A stretch of DNA of 64,000 bases from Erysipelotrichaceae bacterium (GTDB lineage: Bacteria; Bacillota_I; Bacilli_A; RFN20; CAG-826): NCBI GenBank assembly GCA_015058945.1, contig SVBF01000012.1:1763-65762 (forward strand), given 5' to 3'. Shown here in pieces: positions 54,422-64,000 of the stretch (the first letter of the stretch is position 1; each line of letters opens with the position of its first letter). The position numbers and the translations under genes are program-made. The notes beneath the pieces were generated by a model. It saw only the letters and a list, made by a program, of their open reading frames with translations, was not told the origin of the DNA and searched no databases.

Positions 54422-55507
54422 ATGAATCCCGTTCTTGAGTACTTTATCCAAAACTGGGCGCTGGTCTTAATCCTCCTCGCCTTCGCGATCATGTTGTGGG
54501 TCACGATCTTCCTCGACCGGAAAACCGTGAGGCGCATGTACATCCTGATCGTTTTCCTTTTCCTGCTTTCCATCTGCGTCTACACCGAGTTCCGCCTCGC
54601 GGAGACCAAGCATTATCCGGAATTGCGTTTGGCGATGATGGCCATACGTTATAGCGCCACTCCAGTTATCGTCGCCTTCATCATCTTCACGCTGGTGAAG
54701 CGGGCTCGTTGGTATGTGTTTTTGCCAGTAGTCGCCCTCACGGTGCTTAACGTGATCTCCATTTGGACCGGTATCGTCTTCGGGCTCGACGCAAATGGCG
54801 AACTCGTTCGCGGCGCCCTCGGCTATTTCCCTTATATCGCCGTGGGCATTTATAGTTTCTTCCTCGTCTTCATCCTTATCCGCCAAAGCAACAAGCAGGC
54901 CGTGGAAATCGTCCCCATCGCCTTCTTGGCCTTCACCTTCGCCTCGGGCTTGGTCTTCCCCTTCGTGATGGGAAAGGAATACTCCAAGATCTTCTGCTCG
55001 ACCATCGCCGTCGGCCTATTCGTCTATTACGTCTTCTCGATCCTGCAGCTCACCACGAAGGATGCCTTGACCGGTTTGCTGAACCGTCAAGCTTACTACT
55101 CCTTCGTCCGCAAGAACTCCAAGGACATCACTGCGATCGTCTCCATTGACATGAACGGCCTCAAGACCATCAACGACAACCAGGGCCACCTCGCCGGGGA
55201 TGAGGCGCTTACGACTTTGGCCTTATGCTTCACCAAAGCCACGAAGAACAAACAGTACGTCTACCGCATTGGCGGCGACGAATTCGTCATCGTTTGCAAA
55301 AAGACCAGCAAAGCGGATTTGAAGCTCATGATCAAATCCATCAAAGAAAACGTCGCCGAGACGGAATACTCCTGCTCCATCGGCTATTCGTTCGCCTTTA
55401 ATGGCGAAAAGACGCCGGAAGAAATGGCCAAGGAATCGGACGCGATGATGTACGCCCATAAGGCCAAGTTCTATTCCGAAAGCAGCAATAATCGCCGCCT
55501 TCAGTAA
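54422..55507 (+). CDS. Membrane-bound diguanylate cyclase (GGDEF)
   Basis: About 7 TM segments, DALTGLLNR, D.NGLK.IND..GH..GD, YRIGGDEF. Confidence 0.92.
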   Translation: MNPVLEYFIQNWALVLILLAFAIMLWVTIFLDRKTVRRMYILIVFLFLLSICVYTEFRLAETKHYPELRLAMMAIRYSATPVIVAFIIFTLVKRARWYVFLPVVALTVLNVISIWTGIVFGLDANGELVRGALGYFPYIAVGIYSFFLVFILIRQSNKQAVEIVPIAFLAFTFASGLVFPFVMGKEYSKIFCSTIAVGLFVYYVFSILQLTTKDALTGLLNRQAYYSFVRKNSKDITAIVSIDMNGLKTINDNQGHLAGDEALTTLALCFTKATKNKQYVYRIGGDEFVIVCKKTSKADLKLMIKSIKENVAETEYSCSIGYSFAFNGEKTPEEMAKESDAMMYAHKAKFYSESSNNRRLQ

Positions 55508-55583
55508 AAAGTTTCTTCTTGTGACAGTTTTGTTGCATGCGTCCGCGTAAGATATTTTCGTAACCTCAGAAAAAGGCAAAACC

Positions 55584-56726
55584 ATGCCGAAGCTCACAAA
55601 AGAAGAACTTCAACGCGTCCGCTATGTCTCCATGGCGGATTTCGCGCGCCGCTTCGACCAGATTCAGGACTTTGACGACAAGATGTCCTTCGCGACGCGT
55701 TACTTGCTTTGCCATGGCATGAAGGGCGCCGAGAACGACTATAGCTTTCCCGAGGCGCTCCATATCGCCCGCACGAAGATCGCCGACGCCTCTGCCAGGA
55801 TGAAGGAGCAGTTCTTCGCGCAATCGGACGAGGATTTGACCAAACGCCCCCATATTGTGAACCCTTGGCTTAAGGACGAAAGGGCCGACCTTGCGGCCGA
55901 AGCCTTCATGGGCAATCCGACGGGCTATGTCCAAGGCGCCGCCAAGGAGCTCGCCCAAGAAATGGGCAGCAGCTCCGGTTTTAACATTGACCTAAAGGCG
56001 AACTGCGAACGCATCTCCCATTTGCCCGAGGAGCAGACGAACCGCGCCGTTTTCGCCCTCGACGCCACGCCGACGGCCTTCGACGTCAAGATGCGCTTGG
56101 AAACCAAGCTCGGCGGTAGGGCGGAACTAGAAAGCTTATACCAAACCGCGAAGCCAGGTCTTTTCTCCAGAATCCTCGGCGCCTCTTCCCCCGCCTCGCA
56201 CAAACTCGACGCCGCCTATAAGGCGTTCCAAAACCCGAGGGACCGTGCCTTTGGGGACATGAACGCCATGGAGAAGGCATCCAATGATTATTTGGGCTAT
56301 AAAATCCCTACTTGGAAACCTGGGCAAAAGATGCCAAACGACGTCATGGGTGTCCTTAATCCCGCCGAGAAGGCCAGGGCCAAGCTCTCCGTCTACATGC
56401 TCGAATCCATCGAAGAGCAACGCGCGATGGAAGACGACTTCCGCACGATGGTGAAAGCCTGTAGCGCGAAGAGCCTTTCCTATGATGACGTTATCGCCTC
56501 TAGGGTGACCCTGCGCGAAACGTCACAGGAAGAGCCGCATGTCGAAGACGCCGTCAAAGAAGAAACCAGAATCAAATCGCCTCGCGGGCTCGATCAGGCC
56601 TCCTTCCAATCCTTTTTGGAATATGACGCCCAAGACGAGACTTTGATGGAGAGTAGGGGAGAGGCAACCGAAGAGGAGCCGTCCATCGATGAACCTGCGA
56701 TTGACGAAGCCGCGGTGGTGCAATAA
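55584..56726 (+). CDS. Hypothetical protein, paralog family member C (acidic C-terminal tail)
   Basis: Full-length motif similarity to 48901-49956. Confidence 0.82.
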   Translation: MPKLTKEELQRVRYVSMADFARRFDQIQDFDDKMSFATRYLLCHGMKGAENDYSFPEALHIARTKIADASARMKEQFFAQSDEDLTKRPHIVNPWLKDERADLAAEAFMGNPTGYVQGAAKELAQEMGSSSGFNIDLKANCERISHLPEEQTNRAVFALDATPTAFDVKMRLETKLGGRAELESLYQTAKPGLFSRILGASSPASHKLDAAYKAFQNPRDRAFGDMNAMEKASNDYLGYKIPTWKPGQKMPNDVMGVLNPAEKARAKLSVYMLESIEEQRAMEDDFRTMVKACSAKSLSYDDVIASRVTLRETSQEEPHVEDAVKEETRIKSPRGLDQASFQSFLEYDAQDETLMESRGEATEEEPSIDEPAIDEAAVVQ

Positions 56727-56731
56727 GGTGA

Positions 56732-57493
56732 ATGGCAATGACCATACTTCTCGTCGACGATGAAAAACTACAGCTGCACCGCTTGCAAGACGCGGTGGCC
56801 AAAGTACTCCCCGAGAGTGAGGTTTTGTCATTTGGCAACCCCCTAGAGGCGTTAAAGGAAACCGAGGACCTCAAGATTGACCTCGCCTTCCTCGACATTG
56901 AGATGCCGGGGATGAACGGAATCCAAGTCGCGCGGAAACTGAAACTGCGTGACCCGCGGACCCGCATCGTCTTCGTCACCGCCTATGACCATTACGCGAT
57001 GGAGGCGTTCCGCGTCCACGCCTCCGGCTATATCACCAAACCCGTCAGTGAGGGAAAGATCCGCGAGGAGATGGAACAGGTCACGCCGTCGTTCCTTCCC
57101 TCCTCAAAAAAGCTGCAGGTGAAGTGCTTTGGGAACTTTGAGGTTTTCCATGACGGCGTCCCCCTGAAATTCAAGCGCAGCAAATCGAAGGAACTTTTCG
57201 CCTACCTCATCGACCGTGAGGGGTCGGCCGCGACGGCGAGCGAACTTAACGCGATCCTTTGGAACGAGGACCATCCTTCCTACCTCCGCAACCTCGTCAG
57301 CGACATCCAACAGACGCTTAAGGCGGTCGGCTGCGCGGATGTGTTCGTCAAGCGTCACAACGAATGCTACATCGACGTCTCCAAGATCGATTGCGACGCC
57401 TACGAATTCAAGAAAAACAACCCGGACGCGATACGGATGTACCGGGGACAATACATGTTCCAATACTCGTGGGCGATGTTCGTGGATGAGTAG
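56732..57493 (+). CDS. Response regulator (REC plus SARP-type winged-helix output)
   Basis: LVDDE, FLDIEMPGMNG, FVTAY, YITKP; VKCFGNFEV, KSKELFAYL. Confidence 0.9.
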   Translation: MAMTILLVDDEKLQLHRLQDAVAKVLPESEVLSFGNPLEALKETEDLKIDLAFLDIEMPGMNGIQVARKLKLRDPRTRIVFVTAYDHYAMEAFRVHASGYITKPVSEGKIREEMEQVTPSFLPSSKKLQVKCFGNFEVFHDGVPLKFKRSKSKELFAYLIDREGSAATASELNAILWNEDHPSYLRNLVSDIQQTLKAVGCADVFVKRHNECYIDVSKIDCDAYEFKKNNPDAIRMYRGQYMFQYSWAMFVDE

Positions 57494-57794
57494 CAAACGC
57501 CTGCGGATTAAGTAAGGACTTTACAATTGTAATCCCCATTAGGCAAATTATGGAAACCGCCGTGTTCAAAAAGGCGGGTTTTCCTTAATATGGCTTTCCT
57601 ATTATTTTTTAAATAATATTTTAGGGATTTTCGCTTGGTTTCGCGGTGAGTCGAAAGTGAAAAAAGCCGTTTTAGTCCAAGGCGTTCGACCCTCCTGAAT
57701 TAACCCTTGTTGCACATTTGTGGCATTTTTAAATATAGACTTCAGTCAGATATGCTGGAGAAGACTCTTCTCCCATACCGCCGCCCTAAACGAC

Positions 57795-59387
57795 ATGAAG
57801 AACAAGACAGCCATCACAATCCTCGCCGCCTTAGCCATCTCCTCGATGCCTTTTATGGCTGCGTGCAGCGGTTCGACTACCATCGTCGGGATTCATATGA
57901 CCAACCCTGAGACGATGACCGTCTGCTATGGCAATTTCTCCTATGAGGGAATCGGCGTCACCGTCGATTTCCGCGACGGAGGTTCGACCGAGATCCCCCT
58001 TACCGAGGACATGGTCCCGGAAGTGGAACGGCTGAAGTTTTTCAAAATCGGCGAGCAGAACATCGAGATCGTCTATCGCGGCAAGTTCACGACCACCATG
58101 CCCGTGAACGTCACGTTAAATCAATTTAAGGATTCGTACGCGCTAGTCGGGTATGAGTGCGTGTATGACGGCTCGCCCCATGCCGTCGGATTAAACCAAG
58201 AACTACCCGAAGGCGCGGTCATCACTTATCCCTATGGCAACATCTTCACCAACGCGGGCGTCTATGAAGTCGTCGGCGTCATGAGCAAGAACGGCTATGA
58301 GTCGAAGACCCTCACGACGACGCTCACCATCCTACCCGCCGAGCGTGACGCCTCAGGCATCGTCTTTGAGGACACCACGGTGGTCTATAACGGCGAAATG
58401 CGCTCCATCGAGGCGACCAACGTCCCCGAGGGCGTGGAAGTCACTTATGACGCCTACGACTATGAACAAGCCATTCGCATCAACAAAGTCGTCAACGCCG
58501 GCAAGTATCGCATCGTCGCCCATTTCAACGACACCAGCACCAACTACACAAAGATTCCCGATAAGGAAGCCGTCCTAACCATCGAGAAAGCCGATTATGA
58601 CGTCTCGGACATCAAGCTTCCCGACGCGATCAAGGAATACGATGGCCAGGATTACGTCGCCCAGATCACCAACAAAGGTCGTCTCCCCACCGGCGTAAGC
58701 GTCAATTACACCTATTACGATGAGCAGGGGAACAAGGTCAACAGCAACGCCAAAGTCGGCAATTACACCATCGTCGCCTCCTTCGTGGGCGGCGACCTCG
58801 CCAACTACAACCCCATCGAACCGCTCACGGCGACGCTTTCCGTCTCAAAGCGCGTCATCAAGATCAAAGACAAAGTCACCTTTGAGGGCAAAACGGTCAA
58901 CTTCGACGAGAACGTGACCCATTCTTTGGCCATCGCCGGGACGCTCCCCGACACCGTGAAAGTCACCTATGAAAACAACGACCAGGTCTATGCCGGCGAA
59001 TACGAGGTGAAGGCTAAGTTCTCCGCCGTCAGCGAAAACGAGAAGGTGGACCTCGAGGAGCTGACCGCCTATTTGATCATCAACCGCGTGCGCCGCTCGG
59101 TCCCGATGTATAACGAGACCACCAAGGCCTACGACCGTCCTTTCGCCGCAAGCGACATCAAGATCAAAGACGGCGTCGTCACCATCGAAGGCTATCAGAC
59201 CGACATCTTCAAGCTGACTTCGGTCGTCTTCTCCGACTTGCTGACCAACGAAACCGTCGCCCCCGAAAACCTCGTCAGCGGCACCACCTACAAATACATC
59301 GTCACCTTTGAATATATCGACGAGTCGGTTGGGAGCAGTGTGATTTTGTCCCAGGAATCGGACAACATCACCTATGTGGCGGAGTGA
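57795..59387 (+). CDS. Surface lipoprotein with repeated MBG-like Ig domains
   Basis: Lipobox MAAC; repeated YDG...LP.GV.V.Y...NAG.Y.V.A.F units. Confidence 0.8.
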   Translation: MKNKTAITILAALAISSMPFMAACSGSTTIVGIHMTNPETMTVCYGNFSYEGIGVTVDFRDGGSTEIPLTEDMVPEVERLKFFKIGEQNIEIVYRGKFTTTMPVNVTLNQFKDSYALVGYECVYDGSPHAVGLNQELPEGAVITYPYGNIFTNAGVYEVVGVMSKNGYESKTLTTTLTILPAERDASGIVFEDTTVVYNGEMRSIEATNVPEGVEVTYDAYDYEQAIRINKVVNAGKYRIVAHFNDTSTNYTKIPDKEAVLTIEKADYDVSDIKLPDAIKEYDGQDYVAQITNKGRLPTGVSVNYTYYDEQGNKVNSNAKVGNYTIVASFVGGDLANYNPIEPLTATLSVSKRVIKIKDKVTFEGKTVNFDENVTHSLAIAGTLPDTVKVTYENNDQVYAGEYEVKAKFSAVSENEKVDLEELTAYLIINRVRRSVPMYNETTKAYDRPFAASDIKIKDGVVTIEGYQTDIFKLTSVVFSDLLTNETVAPENLVSGTTYKYIVTFEYIDESVGSSVILSQESDNITYVAE

Positions 59388-59391
59388 GAAG

Positions 59392-61764
59392 ATGAAGAAG
59401 CGCTACATCGCATACATCACTTACGGCGTCTCCTTAGCCTTAGCCGCCGCCTTAATGTTGGTGCTCTTCTTTTTGGGCGTCTTTCATCATTACACCGACA
59501 CGCTCGACGTCGGCAACATGATTGCCTTCCTGATCTTCTTCTTCGTGACTTTCTCCCTCGTCGCGACGGTCCTTTTCTCCGCCCGTTTCATTAGCGGCGT
59601 CGTGCAGGAAACCCTCTTCATCGTGGCCTCGCTCCTCCTCATCAGCGAGATTTTGTCCTTTCTCCTGTTCGCGCTCATCGACTGCGGTTTCGAATTCGCG
59701 CTCATCGACTGGCTCGGCGCCCTAGGACGCATGCCCGTCGGCTGGCAATACTATTTGACGTTGCTCTTCATCTTCGTCGGCCTTTTCGCGATTTACGCCG
59801 CCTTCATCAACAAGAACTTCATCGCCACTATCCTCGGCAAAGGTACGGGCGAGCTCAAACGCGTCAAAGGTTCCAACCTCGAGAATTCGCGCTGGTTGAC
59901 CGACCGCGAGAAGAAAACCCTCTTCAAGTTCTATTCCTATAGCCAACTCGGCGAGGTGACCAAAGACGGCATCCCCGTCCACGCCCAACTCGACCGCAAG
60001 GGCAAAGACATGGAGGTCGGCTTCAATGCGCCGTGCCACTCCATCGTCATCGGTTCCACCGGCTCTGGTAAGACAACGACCTTCGTCTCGCCGATGATCC
60101 AGCTCCTCGGCGCCACCAAGGCTGGGTCCTCGATGGTCATCACCGACCCCAAAGGCGAGCTTTTCCAGCTCCATTCCAAATACCTGAGGGAGCGGGGATA
60201 CGACGTGAAGGTCATCGACTTACGCGACACCTATTCCTCCTACCGCTGGAACCCCCTCGACGGCATTTGGGACAACTTCGAACTCTATCGCAACGCCCAT
60301 AAAATGGCCTTCAAGCGCGACGACGACATCATGCAGGCGGGCCTTAAGGTCGACAAAGAGGACGAGAACCTCCCCGTCGGCACGGAATGGTACGAATTCC
60401 AGGGCAAGGCCTACACCGATTACAAGCGCCTCATCAACGCGGTCAAGATCTTCAAGAAGCGCACCTATGACGAAATCTATGAGGACCTCAACGACTTGGT
60501 CACCGTCTTGATCCCGGTCGAGAACGAGAAGGATCCCCTATGGGAAAAGGGCGCCCGCTCCATCACCTTGGCGGTCCTTTTGGCCATGCTCGAGGACGCC
60601 GAGGAAGAAGGCAGCACGATGTCCAAAGCCAAGTTCAACTTCTTCAACTTGGCCAAGATCCTCCAAAACTCCAACGACGACTACAAGCAACTCCGCGAAT
60701 ACTTCAAGGGCAGGAGTTCCCTCTCTCGCGCCTATTCCTTATCCAAACAGGTCTGCGACGCCGCCCAGTCGACCCGCGCCTCCTACATGTCCATCGTCTA
60801 CGACAAACTCACTTTGTTCAACGACGCCGGCATCTGCGCCCTCACGAGTTCCTCCGACTTCACCGCCAAGTCGCTTTCGGACCATCCGACCGCCCTCTTC
60901 CTCAAGATCCCCGACGAGAAAGACACGCGCCATAACCTCGCGGCCATCTTCATCTTGAACATCTACAAGACCTTGATTAAGGTCGCCTCCGCGACGCCGG
61001 ACCTCACCTTGCCGCGCAACGTCTACTTCATCATGGACGAGTTCGGCAACATGCCCAAGATCAGCAAGTTCGACAAATTCATCACCGTCGGCCGTTCGCG
61101 CAAGATCTGGTTCACCATGATCGTTCAGTCCTACGCTCAGCTCAATAATGTCTACGGCGACACCGTCGCGGACATCATCAAGGGCAACTGCGGCATCAAG
61201 ATGTTCATCGGTTCCAACGACATGTCGACCTGCAAAGAATACAGCGAGCTTTGCGGCAACATCACCATCGCGAGCACCTCGACCTCCGGCAGCGCCCATA
61301 GCGAGACCAACTTCTCGACCTCCTACCAGGTCCGCCCGTTGATCTACCCGTCCGAGCTGCAGCGTCTCAACCATCCCGGCGACATCGGCCATGGCATCGT
61401 CGTCACGTTCGGCAACTATCCGCTTAAGACATACTTCACCCCCTCGTTCAAGGTACCTCTTTACGTCACGGGCGAGATGGATCAGTCCGACATCGCCGAG
61501 CGCGGCTTCAACGAGCGCGCGGTCTTCTATGACATCCGCGAACGCAATAGGCGCCTCGAGAAGAAAACCGCCGAGGCGGCGGCCGAAAAGGAAAAGCAAA
61601 CCGAGAAGAAGCAGAAGCAGAGCGAGCTCTCCTCCCTCACCCAGGCGGAGATCCTCTCCCTGTTCATGGAATACCAGAAGAGCAACCCCGGTCTCACCCT
61701 CAAGGACTTCATCAGCATGATCGAAGACGGCAAGATCGAGCTCGGAAAGGACCCGAAACAATGA
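59392..61764 (+). CDS. VirD4/TraG-like type IV coupling protein
   Basis: N-terminal TM segments, GSTGSGKT, TDPKGEL, WNPL, FIMDEFGNM, GRSR, QSYAQL..VYG. Confidence 0.88.
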   Translation: MKKRYIAYITYGVSLALAAALMLVLFFLGVFHHYTDTLDVGNMIAFLIFFFVTFSLVATVLFSARFISGVVQETLFIVASLLLISEILSFLLFALIDCGFEFALIDWLGALGRMPVGWQYYLTLLFIFVGLFAIYAAFINKNFIATILGKGTGELKRVKGSNLENSRWLTDREKKTLFKFYSYSQLGEVTKDGIPVHAQLDRKGKDMEVGFNAPCHSIVIGSTGSGKTTTFVSPMIQLLGATKAGSSMVITDPKGELFQLHSKYLRERGYDVKVIDLRDTYSSYRWNPLDGIWDNFELYRNAHKMAFKRDDDIMQAGLKVDKEDENLPVGTEWYEFQGKAYTDYKRLINAVKIFKKRTYDEIYEDLNDLVTVLIPVENEKDPLWEKGARSITLAVLLAMLEDAEEEGSTMSKAKFNFFNLAKILQNSNDDYKQLREYFKGRSSLSRAYSLSKQVCDAAQSTRASYMSIVYDKLTLFNDAGICALTSSSDFTAKSLSDHPTALFLKIPDEKDTRHNLAAIFILNIYKTLIKVASATPDLTLPRNVYFIMDEFGNMPKISKFDKFITVGRSRKIWFTMIVQSYAQLNNVYGDTVADIIKGNCGIKMFIGSNDMSTCKEYSELCGNITIASTSTSGSAHSETNFSTSYQVRPLIYPSELQRLNHPGDIGHGIVVTFGNYPLKTYFTPSFKVPLYVTGEMDQSDIAERGFNERAVFYDIRERNRRLEKKTAEAAAEKEKQTEKKQKQSELSSLTQAEILSLFMEYQKSNPGLTLKDFISMIEDGKIELGKDPKQ

Positions 61765-64000
61765 GAGCGAAGTGGAGAAGACGCGGCTTGACGTTCCTCA
61801 CGGCCCTGATGGCTGGCTTTATGATGAGCCAGGGGCTCCCGGAACTCGCCTCCGACCTCAGTGAGATCGTCGTGTTCGCCGATAGCGGCACCAACGTCGT
61901 CCGTTTTGGTTCGACTCAGGTCGAGTGCAACGATTCCAACCTCGTCTACGTCGACCTTTTGGCCACCGGCACCCCGGGCAACACCGTCACCGCCACCTAT
62001 CGCACCAGCAGCGGCACCGCCATCGAGAACGTCGACTATGCGGGCGTCTATAACACCATCTCGCTTAGACTCGGCACCGACGGCAAAGCCAAATACACCA
62101 TTTCCATCAAGGGCCTTAACGACGCCTCCGGCCGCGAGAAACTCCGCGTCTATGACTCCGAAGGCGTCTATGGCCGTTATTTCAACCTGCACCTCCTCGC
62201 GGCGGAAAATGCCTCCATCGGCGACGAGAAGCAGTGCAAGTGCTATTTGTCCTACAACTACAAAGTCTCCGCCACGACCCACGTCATGGATGGCCTTTTG
62301 GGACGTGAGGTCGCTTACCTTAACGACTACAAGAACATGATTTCCAAATACCACAAAGGCGACAACGACATCAGTGGTCAGGAATCGTGGAGGACTTGGA
62401 AGGAAGGCGTCTCCTTCGATAACGAGACCACCAGGCACTGGGTCAATACCTACATCAACAACGGTTTCGCCGAAGCCTATGGCACCTATATCCTCAAGAA
62501 CATCGACGACGATCACGTCCATTCCGAAAACAACATCTACATGATCTCCGGCAACAAGGAGCTCATGCAGAAGTACGAGAAAAAGAAATACATCTCCGGC
62601 GCCTCGCTCTATTATGAGATCGAGCCGTGCAGAAGTGGCGGTTACCGCCTCGACGGCCGCGCGATGTACTACATCTCCCAAAACAAGAACCCGTGGAAGC
62701 AAGACAGCGATCTCGTCGACTTGGAAGAAATGCACCATCGCGGTCCGAACCAGCGCGTCTATTGGATTCAGGAGAGCGATGCGTGGTACTCCAGGAAAAA
62801 CACGGTTTACGACACCGTCTTCTGGAAGACCGATCCCTATAACGGCGTCTTGGATTACGGCCTATGCATTTTCAACAACAACGGTTCGTGGGACCGCGAA
62901 GTCCATGACATCTGGCTCTTCCTCACCCTCCTCGACAAGAAGGCCCCATCGATCGTCAACCAGTGGTCCGAATTCAACCCGCAGACCAACTCGGTCCGCA
63001 TCTACCTGCGCTTCGACGAGCCCGTTTATAGCTCCAAGAAGAACGACCTTTTGGTCCGCATCAACAACAAGTCGACCAACTATTACGCGACCTACGTCGA
63101 GGGCAACTACGGCGACACCCTCGTTTACGAGCTTCCCGAATCCGCGACGCGCAACAAGAAGATCAATTCGATCAAATACGAGCTCCCGACCGAAGACATC
63201 GGCGACCTCGCCTATAACCTCGATGGCTACAAAATCGTCCGCAACAACCTCGTCAAAGGCACAGATGTGGAGCGCGACACCGTCATCTCCGGCGGCTACA
63301 TCGACCTCGCCATCCCGCAGCTCGCCGTCGACCAGGGTTCCTCCACAACTCCCCATGGCGTCTACAACGTCATGATCTCGGCCAACGGCAACGGCTCGTC
63401 CACCTTCGACACCGGCACCGTCTACTATTCCTGGGACAAGAACGAGAGCATCCAAAACCCGCTCGAACCCTCTTCTTACGCCAACACGCACGTGCTGACT
63501 TCCGAGGAGGCCGGTTCCTTTGGCGTCACCTTGATGAAGAACGAGAGCCTCGGCATCGATAGCGGGGATTATTACCTCCATGCCCTCGCCGTTTCCAGAT
63601 ACGGTCTGACCGCCCATGATACCTACGGACCATACCGCTTAGATGGCGATGCACCGGAAATCAGCCAAATCTCGCCTTCCGTCGACAACCTCCAATCCAA
63701 AGGCTTCCGCCTGCAGATCAAGGATAAGGCGCTCGGCACGGCGATGAAGTACGTCGCCATGAACGTGAAGTACGTCGACGAGGAAGGCAAAGAACAAGTC
63801 GGAAGCATCACCCTCGCGAATAACGGGGTGATCGAGCCCACTCTCGCGGGCATCGTCTCCTCCAGCTATGACGGTGGCCTCACGACCTACATCTATCGTT
63901 CCAACATCGACGAGACCGACACGAGCATCCCGCTAGATAACTTCACGCTCGGCCTCATGGGGTCGCGTCCCCAGCTCGCGGTGGAAGTGTGGTTCGAAGT
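61761..64000 (+). CDS. Large secreted/surface protein with an N-terminal Calx-beta-like domain (runs off the window edge)
   Basis: ATG overlaps the VirD4 stop (ATGA); manual translation MRAKWRRRGLTFLTALMAGFMM...VTATYRTSSGTAIENVDY stays open to the window end; missing from the ORF track because it is truncated. Confidence 0.82.
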   Translation, partial: MRAKWRRRGLTFLTALMAGFMMSQGLPELASDLSEIVVFADSGTNVVRFGSTQVECNDSNLVYVDLLATGTPGNTVTATYRTSSGTAIENVDYAGVYNTISLRLGTDGKAKYTISIKGLNDASGREKLRVYDSEGVYGRYFNLHLLAAENASIGDEKQCKCYLSYNYKVSATTHVMDGLLGREVAYLNDYKNMISKYHKGDNDISGQESWRTWKEGVSFDNETTRHWVNTYINNGFAEAYGTYILKNIDDDHVHSENNIYMISGNKELMQKYEKKKYISGASLYYEIEPCRSGGYRLDGRAMYYISQNKNPWKQDSDLVDLEEMHHRGPNQRVYWIQESDAWYSRKNTVYDTVFWKTDPYNGVLDYGLCIFNNNGSWDREVHDIWLFLTLLDKKAPSIVNQWSEFNPQTNSVRIYLRFDEPVYSSKKNDLLVRINNKSTNYYATYVEGNYGDTLVYELPESATRNKKINSIKYELPTEDIGDLAYNLDGYKIVRNNLVKGTDVERDTVISGGYIDLAIPQLAVDQGSSTTPHGVYNVMISANGNGSSTFDTGTVYYSWDKNESIQNPLEPSSYANTHVLTSEEAGSFGVTLMKNESLGIDSGDYYLHALAVSRYGLTAHDTYGPYRLDGDAPEISQISPSVDNLQSKGFRLQIKDKALGTAMKYVAMNVKYVDEEGKEQVGSITLANNGVIEPTLAGIVSSSYDGGLTTYIYRSNIDETDTSIPLDNFTLGLMGSRPQLAVEVWFE

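Noticed and set aside
23623-64000. Integrative element or prophage inserted at tRNA-Ala
   Set aside because: Accessory genes and a toxin-antitoxin pair follow the tRNA, but I found no integrase, no phage genes and no duplicated tRNA 3' end in the window.

Overview
Chromosomal segment of a moderately GC-rich Bacillota bacterium. It uses genetic code 11 (RF2 present, TGA stops). Gene style suggests an uncultured gut or rumen Bacilli lineage, but that is inference. The left ~23.7 kb is mostly core genome: dnaX (partial), prfA-prmC-tsaC/rpiB fusion, comFA-comFC, secA-prfB, YitT, uvrB, HAD, secG, folD, phoH, an M29 aminopeptidase, a Y-family polymerase/YolD pair, Met T-box-metNIQ and tRNA-Ala(CGC). 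The right ~40 kb is accessory: XRE regulator, Phd/RelE toxin-antitoxin pair, lipoproteins, collagen-like and Ig-domain surface proteins, ABC systems, signalling proteins and an orphan VirD4-like coupling protein. The standout is 51108-52565, a ~1.46 kb stretch with no credible ORF. It has its own sigma-A-type promoter and intrinsic terminator and is densely packed with + strand hairpins capped by GNRA and cUUCGg tetraloops plus five GGTAAACC hairpin loops. It is a candidate giant, ornate non-coding RNA. It sits among three paralogous unknown genes with acidic C-terminal tails, which may form an undescribed RNA-protein system. All calls come from reading the sequence by eye; no database searches were run.
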